DNA of 64,000 bases from Methanothrix sp. (lineage in GTDB: Archaea > Halobacteriota > Methanosarcinia > Methanotrichales > Methanotrichaceae). The stretch spans positions 2,304,001-2,368,000 of the forward strand of contig OY821645.1 of assembly GCA_963682135.1 (NCBI GenBank), read 5' to 3'. Shown here piece by piece: positions 9,051-19,407 of the stretch (positions within the stretch are counted from its first letter, which is position 1; every line of letters begins with the position of its first letter). The notes under the pieces are model-generated. The model was not told the DNA's origin, searched no databases, and worked only from the letters and a program-made list of their open reading frames with translations. Made by a program: the position numbers and the translations under genes.

Positions 9051-10552
9051 TCACTCCTTCCTTTGACAGAAAAAAGCCACCCGGCGCACCCGATTATAAG
9101 ATCCTCCTGGTCACGGGCAGAATGGCCGAAGCCCAGGTCAGATCTTCTGCCGACGACGCGCAGGTGCTGGTGGCCGATGTTGATGTGGCCGCCTTTATCA
9201 CCCCCGAGCTGCTGCTTTCCGCTTCTCCCATGGGATACGATCTTATCCTGATTCCCGGCGCCATTACCGCTGATTTCCAGGAAGCAGAACGTGCTCTTTG
9301 CACAAAAATCCGCCTGGGGCCCAAGAACGCTGCCGACCTCAAGGAAGTGCTGCGCCATCTTGCTAAAGAGAAGATCGAGCTATCCCGCACCATTCCTGCT
9401 TGCCGGCTACTGGAAGGAAATATGCGAGAAGGCGCACTCGATCAGGTGCGGCAACTGGAAGAGAAAGCCTCTTCTCAGCTGCTGATCAGGGGCATCAAGA
9501 TCGGTGGCAGCTCTCGCATGAAGGTCCTGGCAGAGATCGTCGATGCCACGCGCCTGCGCCCTGCGGTCCTGACCGAAAGGGTCCGCTACTACGATGATCA
9601 GGGCGCAGATATGATCGACCTGGGGCTGCCTCTCGATGCCCATGCCCATCAGGTGAAAGCCGCGCTGCAAACCGCCCGCCAGGCCACAAACCTTCCCATA
9701 AGCCTTGATACCATCAAGAGCGACCTGATCCTGGCTGGCTTAGAGGCCGGAGCCGACCTGATTTTAAGCTTAAACGCCGGCAATCTGCCCCAGGTGGGCA
9801 AGGCGGTAGCCGGAGCAGGCACGCCGGCGGTGATCATTCCCGGTCCCGGCTGCATCAGTTTGGAAGAGAACCTGTTAGCGGCTTTGCAGATGGGAATTTT
9901 AACTATAGCTGACCCGATTCTCGAACCGCCTCTGCAAGGACTGGCTCCCTCGCTGCAAAGGTACAGGCTATTCCAGGAGGATCATCCCGATATCCCTCTA
10001 TTCTTCGGGGTGGGTAATGTTACGGAGCTATTGGATGCCGACACGGTAGGCGTCAATGCCCTCCTGGCCGCCCTGGCGGCAGAGAGCGGCGCATCTATCC
10101 TTTTCACGCCCGAGTTCAGCGCCAAAGCAGTAGGAAGCGTGCAGGAACTGGCCCAGGCTTCAAGAATGATGCTGCTGGCACGCCAGCGCCAGGCGCCTCC
10201 CAAAGACCTGGGCCTTGACCTTCTCATCTTGAAGGAGAAGAGACACTTGCCGGAAGAAGCCATGCCCGAAACGGTAATTGAAGCTAAAAGAGAACACAAT
10301 TACCAGCCGGACCGCAGTGGATGCTTCAGGATATCAATCTCATCGCAATCGATACTGGCTCAAAATGCCGGCACAACCGTCGCGGGACGAAATGCTCGCG
10401 ACATCCTCAATACTCTCATCGATATGGGTTTGGTCAGCCGCCTGGATCATGCCGGATACCTCGGTCGCGAACTGGAGAAGGCTGAGATCGCTCTTCGCCT
10501 GAAAAGAAGCTATGTTCAGGACGAACCGCTCTGGTCCTCTGAGAAACGTTAA
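9047..10552 (+). CDS. Archaeal dihydropteroate synthase-like protein (pterin-binding domain plus C-terminal DUF4346-like domain)
   Basis: KILLVTG, RLGPKNAADL, GADMIDLG, GVGNVTELLDAD, HAGYLGRELEKAEIAL..YVQD. Confidence 0.85.
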   Translation: MITPSFDRKKPPGAPDYKILLVTGRMAEAQVRSSADDAQVLVADVDVAAFITPELLLSASPMGYDLILIPGAITADFQEAERALCTKIRLGPKNAADLKEVLRHLAKEKIELSRTIPACRLLEGNMREGALDQVRQLEEKASSQLLIRGIKIGGSSRMKVLAEIVDATRLRPAVLTERVRYYDDQGADMIDLGLPLDAHAHQVKAALQTARQATNLPISLDTIKSDLILAGLEAGADLILSLNAGNLPQVGKAVAGAGTPAVIIPGPGCISLEENLLAALQMGILTIADPILEPPLQGLAPSLQRYRLFQEDHPDIPLFFGVGNVTELLDADTVGVNALLAALAAESGASILFTPEFSAKAVGSVQELAQASRMMLLARQRQAPPKDLGLDLLILKEKRHLPEEAMPETVIEAKREHNYQPDRSGCFRISISSQSILAQNAGTTVAGRNARDILNTLIDMGLVSRLDHAGYLGRELEKAEIALRLKRSYVQDEPLWSSEKR

Positions 10553-10573
10553 ATATTTGGTCTCGCGACATAA

Positions 10574-11449
10574 TTGCGGATGAAATCTACAGCTAAGGCT
10601 TTTGCTATCTTTGTAGGCATTGTCATGGTACTGTCTGCCTTTGCAAGTTTCGTGTTGTTGGGCGGCGACCAGACCGAGAACGTCGTTGTGCCGTCGGGCG
10701 ATGGCTCTTTGCAGACCTTTGGCGTCCAGGGCCGCTATGTGGAATGGGACTTTGCGGGACTACAGGATGTCCTGCAGATGTCTCCGGAGAGCACCGTCAT
10801 GGCTTACTGGATCAACCTGAGTGCATCGCAAAACCTGACGCAGGCTGTGACTGCAGCACTACCTCAGTCCATGGGCCTAAACTACGCAGGACAGATCCAC
10901 AACAACAACAAGATTGAAAAGCTGGCCGATATCAATTTTAATGGCACCTGGACAGAGTTTCACGCCGTCCAGCCATACCCGGTTGGCTACGATGGCCTGG
11001 TAATACCATATCAGGATTATATGATGATCCCCGCAGGAACCGATTACACCATCGTGTTTGGAATGCCGACCCTCTTCGGCCCACAGGATTCTGTACGACA
11101 GGTACTGGATGTGATCATGGGAGGACTGTCTGCACAAAGCTTCACTCTAATCGGCGATGATCACGCCGACCTGCAAGTGGCGGCTCTGGGCAGCGGCGGC
11201 AAGAGCATGCCCCTCTCCGGCGGATACAAGGAATTTTACATGGGTGTAAATGCAGCAACAAACGGGACCATGGGCTATGATCTAAGCGCCCGGTATCTGC
11301 AGCCCCAGGCCGCTACGAGCAGCAAGGTTGAGGAAATCGCTTCGAAAAACAATCTCAGCACTTCAACTATTGGCTCCGAGACGGAAATATCAGGACTTGT
11401 GGCTCCGGAAAATCTGCAAAGCGTGCTCATGGCCCTTCTCGGGCCGTAG
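10574..11449 (+). CDS. Hypothetical exported or membrane-anchored protein
   Basis: Basic N-terminus plus hydrophobic helix; 291-aa ORF. Confidence 0.65.
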   Translation: MRMKSTAKAFAIFVGIVMVLSAFASFVLLGGDQTENVVVPSGDGSLQTFGVQGRYVEWDFAGLQDVLQMSPESTVMAYWINLSASQNLTQAVTAALPQSMGLNYAGQIHNNNKIEKLADINFNGTWTEFHAVQPYPVGYDGLVIPYQDYMMIPAGTDYTIVFGMPTLFGPQDSVRQVLDVIMGGLSAQSFTLIGDDHADLQVAALGSGGKSMPLSGGYKEFYMGVNAATNGTMGYDLSARYLQPQAATSSKVEEIASKNNLSTSTIGSETEISGLVAPENLQSVLMALLGP

Positions 11450-11562
11450 CGCAACCTTTTTACATATGGAGCTAATGGCTGATCTAATCTGAATCGTCTA
11501 ATTCGTTTAGGCGTTTTTGCGATGAATGATGATGGGCAAGCTGCCCGGAAGGAGATTAAATT

Positions 11563-11931
11563 ATGGCAAGACCAATATTCGTAAGATTTGATGTTCCAGC
11601 AGAGCTGGCTACCATGTCTCTTGAAGCCCTTGAACTGGCTCGTGATACAGGCAGAATAAAGAAGGGAACCAACGAAGCCACTAAGGCCATCGAGCGCGGT
11701 GTAGCTCGCCTGGTTATTGTCGGCGAAGATGTCACCCCTCCTGAGATTGTGGCCCATATTCCAGCTCTTTGCGAAGAGAAGAAGACACCTTACATCTACG
11801 TCAAGAAGCAGAGCGAGCTTGGTGCCGCTGCTGGCCTTAGCGTAAAGAGCGCCGCCGCGGCAATAGTCGAGCCCGGAAAGGGAAAAGAGTTGCTTGATGA
11901 AATCGTCCAGAAAGTGGCAGCTTTGAAGTAG
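11563..11931 (+). CDS. rpl7ae: 50S ribosomal protein L7Ae
   Basis: [30 protein letters not shown]. Confidence 0.97.
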   Translation: MARPIFVRFDVPAELATMSLEALELARDTGRIKKGTNEATKAIERGVARLVIVGEDVTPPEIVAHIPALCEEKKTPYIYVKKQSELGAAAGLSVKSAAAAIVEPGKGKELLDEIVQKVAALK

Positions 11932-11941
11932 GTGATATCCG

Positions 11942-12154
11942 ATGGAGGATGAGAACGGAGTAGCGGCAGAGGTCATAGAGGTCATCGGCGTTACCGGCAT
12001 GCATGGTGAGGCGACGCAGATAAAATGCCGTATCCTGGAAGGCAACAACAAGGGCCGCATTATCACCAGGAACTGCATGGGACCGATCCGCATGGGCGAT
12101 GTCCTGATGCTGCTCGAGACTGCCAGAGAAGCCAAGAAGCTTACCAGCAGGTGA
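11942..12154 (+). CDS. rps28e: 30S ribosomal protein S28e
   Basis: [23 protein letters not shown]...[22 protein letters not shown]. Confidence 0.97.
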   Translation: MEDENGVAAEVIEVIGVTGMHGEATQIKCRILEGNNKGRIITRNCMGPIRMGDVLMLLETAREAKKLTSR

Positions 12155-12160
12155 TGGAAT

Positions 12161-12331
12161 ATGGAAGCTAGAAAGTGTTCCTTCTGCAACAAGACCATCG
12201 AGCCGGGAACTGGCAAGCTTTATGCCAAAAAGGACGGCACGGTCTTTTACTTCTGCTCAGCCAAGTGTGAGAACAACGTAGCCCTTGGCCGTGTAACGAG
12301 AAGAATCAAATGGGCCAGAAAGGGGGCATAA
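12161..12331 (+). CDS. rpl24e: 50S ribosomal protein L24e
   Basis: Below the ORF cutoff. Manual translation [39 protein letters not shown]...IKWARKGA; canonical position after rps28e. Confidence 0.95.
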   Translation: MEARKCSFCNKTIEPGTGKLYAKKDGTVFYFCSAKCENNVALGRVTRRIKWARKGA

Positions 12332-12334
12332 GCC

Positions 12335-12793
12335 CTGGCAGAGATAGAGCGAACCTTTGTCATGGTAAAGCCCGATGGCGTGCAGCGTGCGCTCATTGGC
12401 AAGATACTGCAGCGCATTGAGGAAAAAGGCTTCAAGATAGTGGCTATGAAGCTCACCCTCATGCCGGTGGAGAAGGCCAAGGAGCACTACGCAGAGCATG
12501 TGGGCAAGAAATTTTATCAGGACCTGGTAGATTTCATCACCTCCGGACCCTCCGTATCAATGGTGATTGAGGGGCGGGGCGCAATTGCCGCCATGAGGAA
12601 GATGAATGGCGCTACCAATCCGGTTGATGCTGTCTCTGGAACCATTCGAGGAGACCTGGCCATCGAAACCGGCCGAAATGTGGTGCACGGCTCGGATTCA
12701 GCAGTCTCCGCGGCTCGCGAGATAGCGCTGCATTTCAGCCCGAGCGAACTGGTGGCCTACAAGCGAATAGATGAAGCATGGCTTTACGAATGA
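12335..12793 (+). CDS. ndk: Nucleoside diphosphate kinase (probable CTG start; ORF track starts at 12362)
   Basis: ERTFVMVKPDGVQR, GATNP, GTIRGD, NVVHGSDS. Confidence 0.93.
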   Translation: MAEIERTFVMVKPDGVQRALIGKILQRIEEKGFKIVAMKLTLMPVEKAKEHYAEHVGKKFYQDLVDFITSGPSVSMVIEGRGAIAAMRKMNGATNPVDAVSGTIRGDLAIETGRNVVHGSDSAVSAAREIALHFSPSELVAYKRIDEAWLYE

Positions 12794-12893
12794 GATCAGG
12801 CAGGATGCATCTTCTGCCTCCTCTCATCGGAGCCTTTAAATTCTTAAAATGAAATGTAATTTTTAGACTTACTTCCTTCAGGGCGCGACCAGT

Positions 12894-14702
12894 ATGCAAC
12901 ATAAGTCCAAAAAGGCCGGCAAAGCAAATGGCGATGAGTCCAACCTCAGAACACCCATAGTAGTTGTGATGGGGCATGTGGACCACGGCAAGACATCTCT
13001 TTTAGATAAGATCAGAGGAACAGCCGTTGCCAAAGGGGAAGCCGGGCTCATTACCCAGCACATTGGAGCCACAGAGGTTCCGCTGAGCGTGGTGCAGGAT
13101 TTTTGTGGATCGCATTTCGGCAAAGAGATGCAGATTCCAGGACTGCTGTTCATCGACACGCCGGGACATCATGCATTTACCTCTATGCGAAGCAGAGGCG
13201 GCTCTCTGGCGGATTTGGCAGTGCTGATTGTGGACATTAACGAGGGCTTCCAGCCCCAGACCATCGAGTCGCTGGCCATTCTCAAACGTTTTAGGACACC
13301 ATTTGTGGTCGCCGCCAACAAGATGGATCGCATCAGCGGCTGGCACTGCGTTGCTAACGCTCCCTTTGGCAAGAGCATCAAGGCGCAAAATGAACGAGTG
13401 GCCGAGGTGCTGGATACAAGGATCTACGAACTGGTAGGAGAGCTCTACAAACATGGATTTGATGGGGACAGGTACGATCGGATCACCGACTTTACCAAGA
13501 CGATTGGAATTGTGCCCATCAGCGCCATCACCGGTGAAGGGGTACCCGATATTCTCATGATACTGGTAGGGCTGGCTCAGAGATTTTTGAAGGATAATCT
13601 AAAGCTAACGGCCACAGGTCCAGGTATGGGCACAATCTTAGAGGTAAAAGAGGAGAAAGGCCTGGGCACAACTCTGGATGTCATACTCTACAACGGCGAA
13701 TTCAACTCGGGCGATACGGTAATTGTGGGCACGGCCCATGAGCCGATCGTCACAAAGATAAGAGCCCTGCTAAAGCCCAAGCCGCTGATGGAGATTCGAA
13801 GCGAGGAGAGATTTCTGCCGGTAAAGCATGTGGCGGCAGCATCTGGTGTAAAGATTGCGGCACCCAAATTGGAGAATGCACTGGCAGGATCAACTATTCG
13901 CGTGGTTACCAATGCAGAAGAGATAGAGGCTCTTTCCACTGAGCTGAAATCGGAACTGGAGGCGGTGCGTATCGATGCAGAGAGCGAGGGCGTGATCCTG
14001 AAAGCTGATGCCATCGGCTCGCTGGAAGCACTGGTAGGGGAGCTGAAGGCCAAGAATATTGCCATTCATCATGCCGATGTAGGGCCCGTTTCCAGAAGAG
14101 ATGTGATCCGCGCTTCGGCCATCAAAGAACCCCTGCTTTCTGCGATTTTGGCATTTAATGTGGAAATCCTGCCCGATGCCATCAGCGAGATTCAGAAGAC
14201 CAATGTACCCGTATTTTGCAGCGATATTATTTACAGTATTTTAGAGAACTATGAGCAGTGGACGGAGGAGCAGAAGATGCGCATAGAGCAGGAGCGACTT
14301 GAGGCGGTTATCCGGCCCGGAGCCGTGCGTCTTTTGCCGGACTGCGTATTCCGCCAGTCCAGGCCGGCCATTGTAGGTGTTCAGGTCATAGGTGGTGTGG
14401 TCCGCACCCATGTTAATTTAATGAGGGAAGACGGTGCCAATGTGGGCGAGATTAGGGGGATCCAGGCACGCAATGAAAATGTCGGCTCAGCGACCGTCGG
14501 ACAGGAAGTGGCCATATCCATCGACGGACCCACAGTAGGCCGCCAGATTCATGAAGGCGATATTCTTTATGTCAACATTCCAGAGAAGCATGCTCGCATT
14601 GTCGAACTGGAGCTGAAGCCTAAGCTGGCAGAGGACGAGCGCGAGGTGCTGGAGAATTTCCTGGAGATCAAGCGCAAGAAGGAACCCTTCTGGGGGAGAT
14701 AG
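12894..14702 (+). CDS. infB: Translation initiation factor aIF5B (IF-2)
   Basis: LRTPIVVVMGHVDHGKT, ITQHIGA, DTPGH, NKMD. Confidence 0.97.
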   Translation: MQHKSKKAGKANGDESNLRTPIVVVMGHVDHGKTSLLDKIRGTAVAKGEAGLITQHIGATEVPLSVVQDFCGSHFGKEMQIPGLLFIDTPGHHAFTSMRSRGGSLADLAVLIVDINEGFQPQTIESLAILKRFRTPFVVAANKMDRISGWHCVANAPFGKSIKAQNERVAEVLDTRIYELVGELYKHGFDGDRYDRITDFTKTIGIVPISAITGEGVPDILMILVGLAQRFLKDNLKLTATGPGMGTILEVKEEKGLGTTLDVILYNGEFNSGDTVIVGTAHEPIVTKIRALLKPKPLMEIRSEERFLPVKHVAAASGVKIAAPKLENALAGSTIRVVTNAEEIEALSTELKSELEAVRIDAESEGVILKADAIGSLEALVGELKAKNIAIHHADVGPVSRRDVIRASAIKEPLLSAILAFNVEILPDAISEIQKTNVPVFCSDIIYSILENYEQWTEEQKMRIEQERLEAVIRPGAVRLLPDCVFRQSRPAIVGVQVIGGVVRTHVNLMREDGANVGEIRGIQARNENVGSATVGQEVAISIDGPTVGRQIHEGDILYVNIPEKHARIVELELKPKLAEDEREVLENFLEIKRKKEPFWGR

Positions 14703-14897
14703 TCGAACCGAATTTTCTTATCAAACTGCGTGCGGCCACTCCACCCTAAACGTCTATGTGCCTCAGGACAATGGCACATACGAGGCAAATGAAAAACAAG
14801 ATCTATCGACATCATAAGTATTGTTTTTCATGGGAAAGGATGGTGTATGCTTCGGGCTGCACATAGCTATAGACAAAAATGCCGTTACTGTTAATCT

Positions 14898-16145
14898 GTG
14901 ACCACTCCCGCCAATGAATTGGCGGGCATCTAGGCTGATGCCAAAGACTGTAGCCCCAGTCTTGCGATGTTAAGAGCAGCATTGAGATCTCTATCTATCG
15001 ATAATCCACAATAGGGACAATTATGGACTCTGATAGATAGATCCTTTTTGACTATTTGACCACAGCTTGAGCATATCTGAGATGTATTTGCAGGATTTAC
15101 CAATACTACTTTCCTACCAGCATCTTCCGCTTTGTATGAAGTATATTGTACCAGTTTATTCCAAGCAGCATCCAATATGCTCTTCGCTAGGTTGTGATTA
15201 TGAACCATTTTGGTTATATTCAGGTCTTCAAATGCAATTATTCCATATTTGTTGATCCATTCTCGGCTCAGTTGTTGGGCAAAGTTCTCTCTTTGATTGG
15301 TTACCCTTTCGTGCAGATGACTTACAATTTTGCTTGCTTTCCTTCTCTTAGCAGATCCTTTTAGCAGCTTGTCACGTTTGCTTTGAGCCTTCTTGAGTTT
15401 TTCTTCATCAGCTAGAAGGAATTTAGGATTCTCGATGAACTCACCATTGGAAAGCACAGCGAAGTTCTTGATACCCATGTCCACGCCGACCATCTCATCA
15501 GATGGTTGCAGAATGTGATTTTGTGCCTCTTCAACCAGGAAAGACACATACCATTTTTTGGTTGAAGATCTTCGGATGGTCAGTCTCTTAACGCATCCAT
15601 CAACGGGGCGATGCAACTTGAATTTGATATCACCAATCTTGGATAACCAAATCACGTTGCCGTCTATGTAGAAGCCACTCTGTGGATAACTGATGCTATC
15701 GTATCTGTTCTTTCCCTTGAAGCGAGGATAACCAACTTCTTCTTCGCCAGATTGAACCCGTTTGAAGAAGGCTCTGAATGCGAGGTTAACCCTCAGAACC
15801 ACGTCCTGCAATACCTGAGAATGAACGGATTTCAGTTCCTGCTTCATCTCTTTCCAGATCGGTAGCATCCTCTTGGATTCAAAGTAGCTTACAGACTTCC
15901 CATCTTGTTCAAAGGCATTCTTTCGCATAGCCAACGTTTCGTTATAGACCCATCGGCAAAGCTCTAGTTGCTCATTCAGCTTGGTTACTTGAGCTTTTGT
16001 TGGCTTGAGTCTATATCGAAACACTCTCAATGGTTTACTTCACCTTTCTGCTTTGCTATTTGTTCAATTAGTTTACATATCTTTCGATAGGTACGGGTTG
16101 TATCCCGCCTTTGAAAAGGCGGGGATTAGCCCTGATTCCGTCCTA
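14898..16145 (-). mobile_element. Non-autonomous IS200/IS605-family (IS1341-like) element carrying tnpB only; left boundary approximate
   Basis: Matching subterminal hairpins CCCGCCAA-TGAA-TTGGCGGG (14907-14926) and CCCGCCTT-TGAA-AAGGCGGG (16104-16123); right end ...GGTCAC on the minus strand; no tnpA. Confidence 0.85.
14930..16030 (-). CDS. tnpB: RNA-guided endonuclease TnpB
   Basis: N-terminal FRYRLKPT HTH; RuvC motifs GVDMG, FEDL, DRDLNAA; zinc finger CSSC/CPYC. Confidence 0.95.
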   Translation of the reverse strand: MRVFRYRLKPTKAQVTKLNEQLELCRWVYNETLAMRKNAFEQDGKSVSYFESKRMLPIWKEMKQELKSVHSQVLQDVVLRVNLAFRAFFKRVQSGEEEVGYPRFKGKNRYDSISYPQSGFYIDGNVIWLSKIGDIKFKLHRPVDGCVKRLTIRRSSTKKWYVSFLVEEAQNHILQPSDEMVGVDMGIKNFAVLSNGEFIENPKFLLADEEKLKKAQSKRDKLLKGSAKRRKASKIVSHLHERVTNQRENFAQQLSREWINKYGIIAFEDLNITKMVHNHNLAKSILDAAWNKLVQYTSYKAEDAGRKVVLVNPANTSQICSSCGQIVKKDLSIRVHNCPYCGLSIDRDLNAALNIARLGLQSLASA

Positions 16146-16185
16146 AAAAAAATTGAATATCGATGAGCTTCAAACCATCTGGCAT

Positions 16186-17652
16186 TCAATATTGCCTGGC
16201 CATGTAGGTCCGGCCAGGACTGTCCTTGCCGCAGACAGCACAGGGAGCAAATGAGAAGCTCTGGTATTGCGGCTCACCCAGCATGTTCGCCTCCACCAGG
16301 TTCTCTAATTCATGGCCGCATTCCACCGATCCACACCAGGGCACCAGAGCCACACCCACCTGCGTCTGCACCTTGGCGTCCTCAATGTTGGCGACCTCTC
16401 TTACCTTGGCCTCATGAAGACTGGTGGCTTTGGTGTAGAGGGCTTCCTGGAGCTCTTCCGCCTCTTTATTGATGGCTTGCACCAGTCCCACCATGGGCAC
16501 CGTTTTCTTGGCTTTGTCGCGACGAACTAATGTGACGACACCTTTCTCAATATCCCTGGGTCCAACCTCCAGTCGAATGGGCACGCCCTTCATCTCCCAC
16601 TTGTAGAACTTGGCGCCCGGTCGATCATCACTGGTATCCAGTTGCACTCGCACCCGGGCAAGAGATAGCTCGTCCTGCAACTGCCGGCTGACTGCCAGAA
16701 CTTTATCCTTGTCGCCCAGAAGAATGGGTACTATTACTACCTGGGTTGGGGCTACCCCCCAAGGCAGGACCAGGCCGTTCCCGTCCCCGTGCACGGAGAT
16801 GAGAGCGGCAATGCAGCGCTCCGAAATGCCGTAGCAGGTCTGAGAGACCAACTTCTGCTCGCCGTTTTCCGCCTCGTATGTGATCTCGTATGTCTTGGCG
16901 AAGGTAGAACCCAGATGGTGCGCCGTGCCAACCTGCAGAGTCTTGCCATCAGGCATGATGACATCTATGGCCGTGGTGTAATCCGCTCCGGGAAACTTAT
17001 CCCAGCTGGGGCGGCGGCTTACCAGGAATGGCAAGGCCAGACGGCGGTAGAACTCCGAGTACCTGGCAATGGCCACCTCGACCTGGTTTTCTGCATCTTC
17101 CCAGGTAGCATGAACGGTGTGCGCCTCCTTGAAAGATGTTATCTCGCGCAGGCGTATGAGCGGCCTGGTGTGCTTGGTCTCATAGCGGAATGTATTGACT
17201 ATCTGATAAATTCGCAGCGGCAGGTCGGCATGCGACCTGATCCAGAGCTTGAACATGGGATAGATAGCCGTCTCGCTCGTCGGTCGCAAGGCGAGCTTAA
17301 CATCCAGTGGAGATGTCCCGCCACTGGTCACCCAGTAGACCTCCTCCTCGAAGCCTTTGATGTGCTGAGCTTCTTTCATGAACTCGTTTTCCGGTATCAA
17401 AAGAGGAAACTGGGTCTCCTGATGATCGGGATCTAAAAGCTCCCGGATGACGGCATAGACATTTTTCTTGATGGCGTAGCCGAAGGGAAACCAGACGCAC
17501 ATACCCTTCACAGGATAGCGATTATCCACAACCTCCGCCATCATGAGCAGCTCGTGATACCATTCGCTGAAGTTATCCTTGGCCGGAAGCTTTGCTTGTT
17601 TGTTGTCCTTTGCCTTGGATTTTGAGTCGAATATCATCTTGGAATCGGTCAT
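16186..17652 (-). CDS. proS: Prolyl-tRNA synthetase (archaeal type)
   Basis: [25 protein letters not shown]-terminal ARQY. Confidence 0.97.
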   Translation of the reverse strand: MTDSKMIFDSKSKAKDNKQAKLPAKDNFSEWYHELLMMAEVVDNRYPVKGMCVWFPFGYAIKKNVYAVIRELLDPDHQETQFPLLIPENEFMKEAQHIKGFEEEVYWVTSGGTSPLDVKLALRPTSETAIYPMFKLWIRSHADLPLRIYQIVNTFRYETKHTRPLIRLREITSFKEAHTVHATWEDAENQVEVAIARYSEFYRRLALPFLVSRRPSWDKFPGADYTTAIDVIMPDGKTLQVGTAHHLGSTFAKTYEITYEAENGEQKLVSQTCYGISERCIAALISVHGDGNGLVLPWGVAPTQVVIVPILLGDKDKVLAVSRQLQDELSLARVRVQLDTSDDRPGAKFYKWEMKGVPIRLEVGPRDIEKGVVTLVRRDKAKKTVPMVGLVQAINKEAEELQEALYTKATSLHEAKVREVANIEDAKVQTQVGVALVPWCGSVECGHELENLVEANMLGEPQYQSFSFAPCAVCGKDSPGRTYMARQY

Positions 17653-18251
17653 GTAACCACCGAAATTGCAATAGGGGTGATAAAGGTTTCAATGGCCGCA
17701 GCCAGGAAGAGCAGCGGCGCGACATAGCGCCCGAGGAAATGGACCGCCACCCTGATCTCGCTGGACAGGTCGGCCTTCTCTTTGGCCAGGGTCAGGGCCA
17801 GCAGATAGCCCAGCCGAAAGCCGATAGCAATGCTCACCAGTACTACCGGCAGCTCAATAATGCCGTGGGGCAGGATTCCTGCAGCCAGAAAGAGAAAACC
17901 CGCCTTCTTTACGGAAGCATAGCCTACTATGCCCAGCAGAAAGCCGTTGCTGGTAACGACCATCAAAGGAATGAGACCCAGGCCCAGCCCCAGCAGCATG
18001 GCCATAGCCGAGGCGAGGAGATTCTTGAGGAATATTATTAGCATTATGAGGACAGGCGGCTGATCCAAAATCCACTTCAGCATCTCCAGCTCTTTCGTCC
18101 ATTCTAATGCCAGCTTTGGATCGACAGCTGCGGCATAATAACCCATCACAGTCGTCAGAGCGAAGATGAAGACGGATATGCCAATGAATATATGAATTGA
18201 CTTCAGATAGGCCAGATCATCCTTTATTGACAAGCAATATCTCCCCTTCAA
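17649..18251 (-). CDS. SpoIIM/DUF95-family membrane protein
   Basis: [24 protein letters not shown]. Confidence 0.85.
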   Translation of the reverse strand: MKGRYCLSIKDDLAYLKSIHIFIGISVFIFALTTVMGYYAAAVDPKLALEWTKELEMLKWILDQPPVLIMLIIFLKNLLASAMAMLLGLGLGLIPLMVVTSNGFLLGIVGYASVKKAGFLFLAAGILPHGIIELPVVLVSIAIGFRLGYLLALTLAKEKADLSSEIRVAVHFLGRYVAPLLFLAAAIETFITPIAISVVT

Positions 18252-18294
18252 CCTCGTCCGGCCTTTATTTAAGGATAGCGCGGTTTCGCGAGGG

Positions 18295-18900
18295 TCATGC
18301 GCTCAGGAAATAGACGCCAAAGCAGACCAAAAAGATGCCGCATATTCCCAGGATTAGTCGATAACTCCTCTCAGAGAGGATGTTGCGTCCCCGATCCAGG
18401 CTGATGGAGACCAGAGTATACCATCCGAAGTCCGCCAGCCAGTGACCTATCAAGAATACGGCTGCGATGATTACTCCCGAATGCAGGCCGGAGAGCACCA
18501 GGGCGCTGCCGATGGAAAGCCACCAGATCCAGAAGTAGGGATTAGAGGCGCTGGTGATAATTCCTGCCAGATAAGCATTGCCTAACATCTGCCCCTCAGG
18601 CCTGGCCAATGTGGCGCTGCGGCTCCCAGATAAAGTCATAAACCCAAAGATTACCAGAGCCAGGCCGCCCACCAGAGAGATAGCGCGGGAATAACCTTGC
18701 ATGGCATCGGCCAGCCCGCCGATGATGAGGAGAAATATCAGGGTCTCAACCAGAGCGTGGCCTGCGATCACTTTTGGGCCGGCCTTCCAGCCTTCTTTAA
18801 GCGAGGAATTGACCGTGGCCACAAGCGTCGGCCCGGGAGCCAGCGCTCCGGTGAGACCGATAGTAAAGGCCATTGCCAGCATCTGCAAGATCTCGTACAT
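18295..18900 (-). CDS. LysE-family translocator
   Basis: GALAPGP, GH, NPYFWIWW; about six TM helices. Confidence 0.88.
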   Translation of the reverse strand: MYEILQMLAMAFTIGLTGALAPGPTLVATVNSSLKEGWKAGPKVIAGHALVETLIFLLIIGGLADAMQGYSRAISLVGGLALVIFGFMTLSGSRSATLARPEGQMLGNAYLAGIITSASNPYFWIWWLSIGSALVLSGLHSGVIIAAVFLIGHWLADFGWYTLVSISLDRGRNILSERSYRLILGICGIFLVCFGVYFLSA

Positions 18901-18995
18901 TTCTCACTCCATAGCCCGGATTTCCAGGCAAAATAAGCCTTTGCCCAAGAGCAATGATGCTTGAAAGAATTAAGCCACGGAAAAGCAGACGAAAA

Positions 18996-19068
18996 TGGAC
19001 AGGTCGGGATTTGAACCCGAGGCCTCTACCATGCCAAGGTAGCGATCTTCCAGCTGATCTACCTGCCC
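18996..19068 (-). tRNA. tRNA-Ala(GGC)
   Basis: GGGCAGG/CCTGTCC-A acceptor stem with G3:U70; anticodon arm CTACC-TTGGCAT-GGTAG; T-loop TTCAAAT. Confidence 0.95.
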
Positions 19069-19407
19069 AACAGCACTGAAGGTAAGTCGTACCCCATTTA
19101 AACATGTCGGTAGGAAGACGGTGGATGGGCTATGCGCTACTTCACATATCCCTATTCTTTCTCCAGGAAAAACTACATGGTACATTTAATGGCCGTTGAG
19201 CCCGAGGAGAAGAGCCCAATCAACCGGAAGATTCCATCCTGCATGCTGATAGGAAAAATTCCTGGTTTCGATCCTAATTTTCCTTGTCAATGGCAGAATA
19301 GGCCTTTTCCATTCTTCTATCATCGTGCGCGGATTGCAGCCGCAGCTGTACAGCTCGACACAGATCCTAAGCATTATATCCATCTTATCAGAATAGTGGC
19401 GACTATC

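Noticed and set aside
11275-12216. 313-aa minus-strand ORF
   Set aside because: Antisense shadow of rpl7ae/rps28e
19132-19407. N-terminal extension of the 269-aa ORF
   Set aside because: Signal peptide begins at 19408; the upstream stretch is divergent promoter space next to tRNA-Ala
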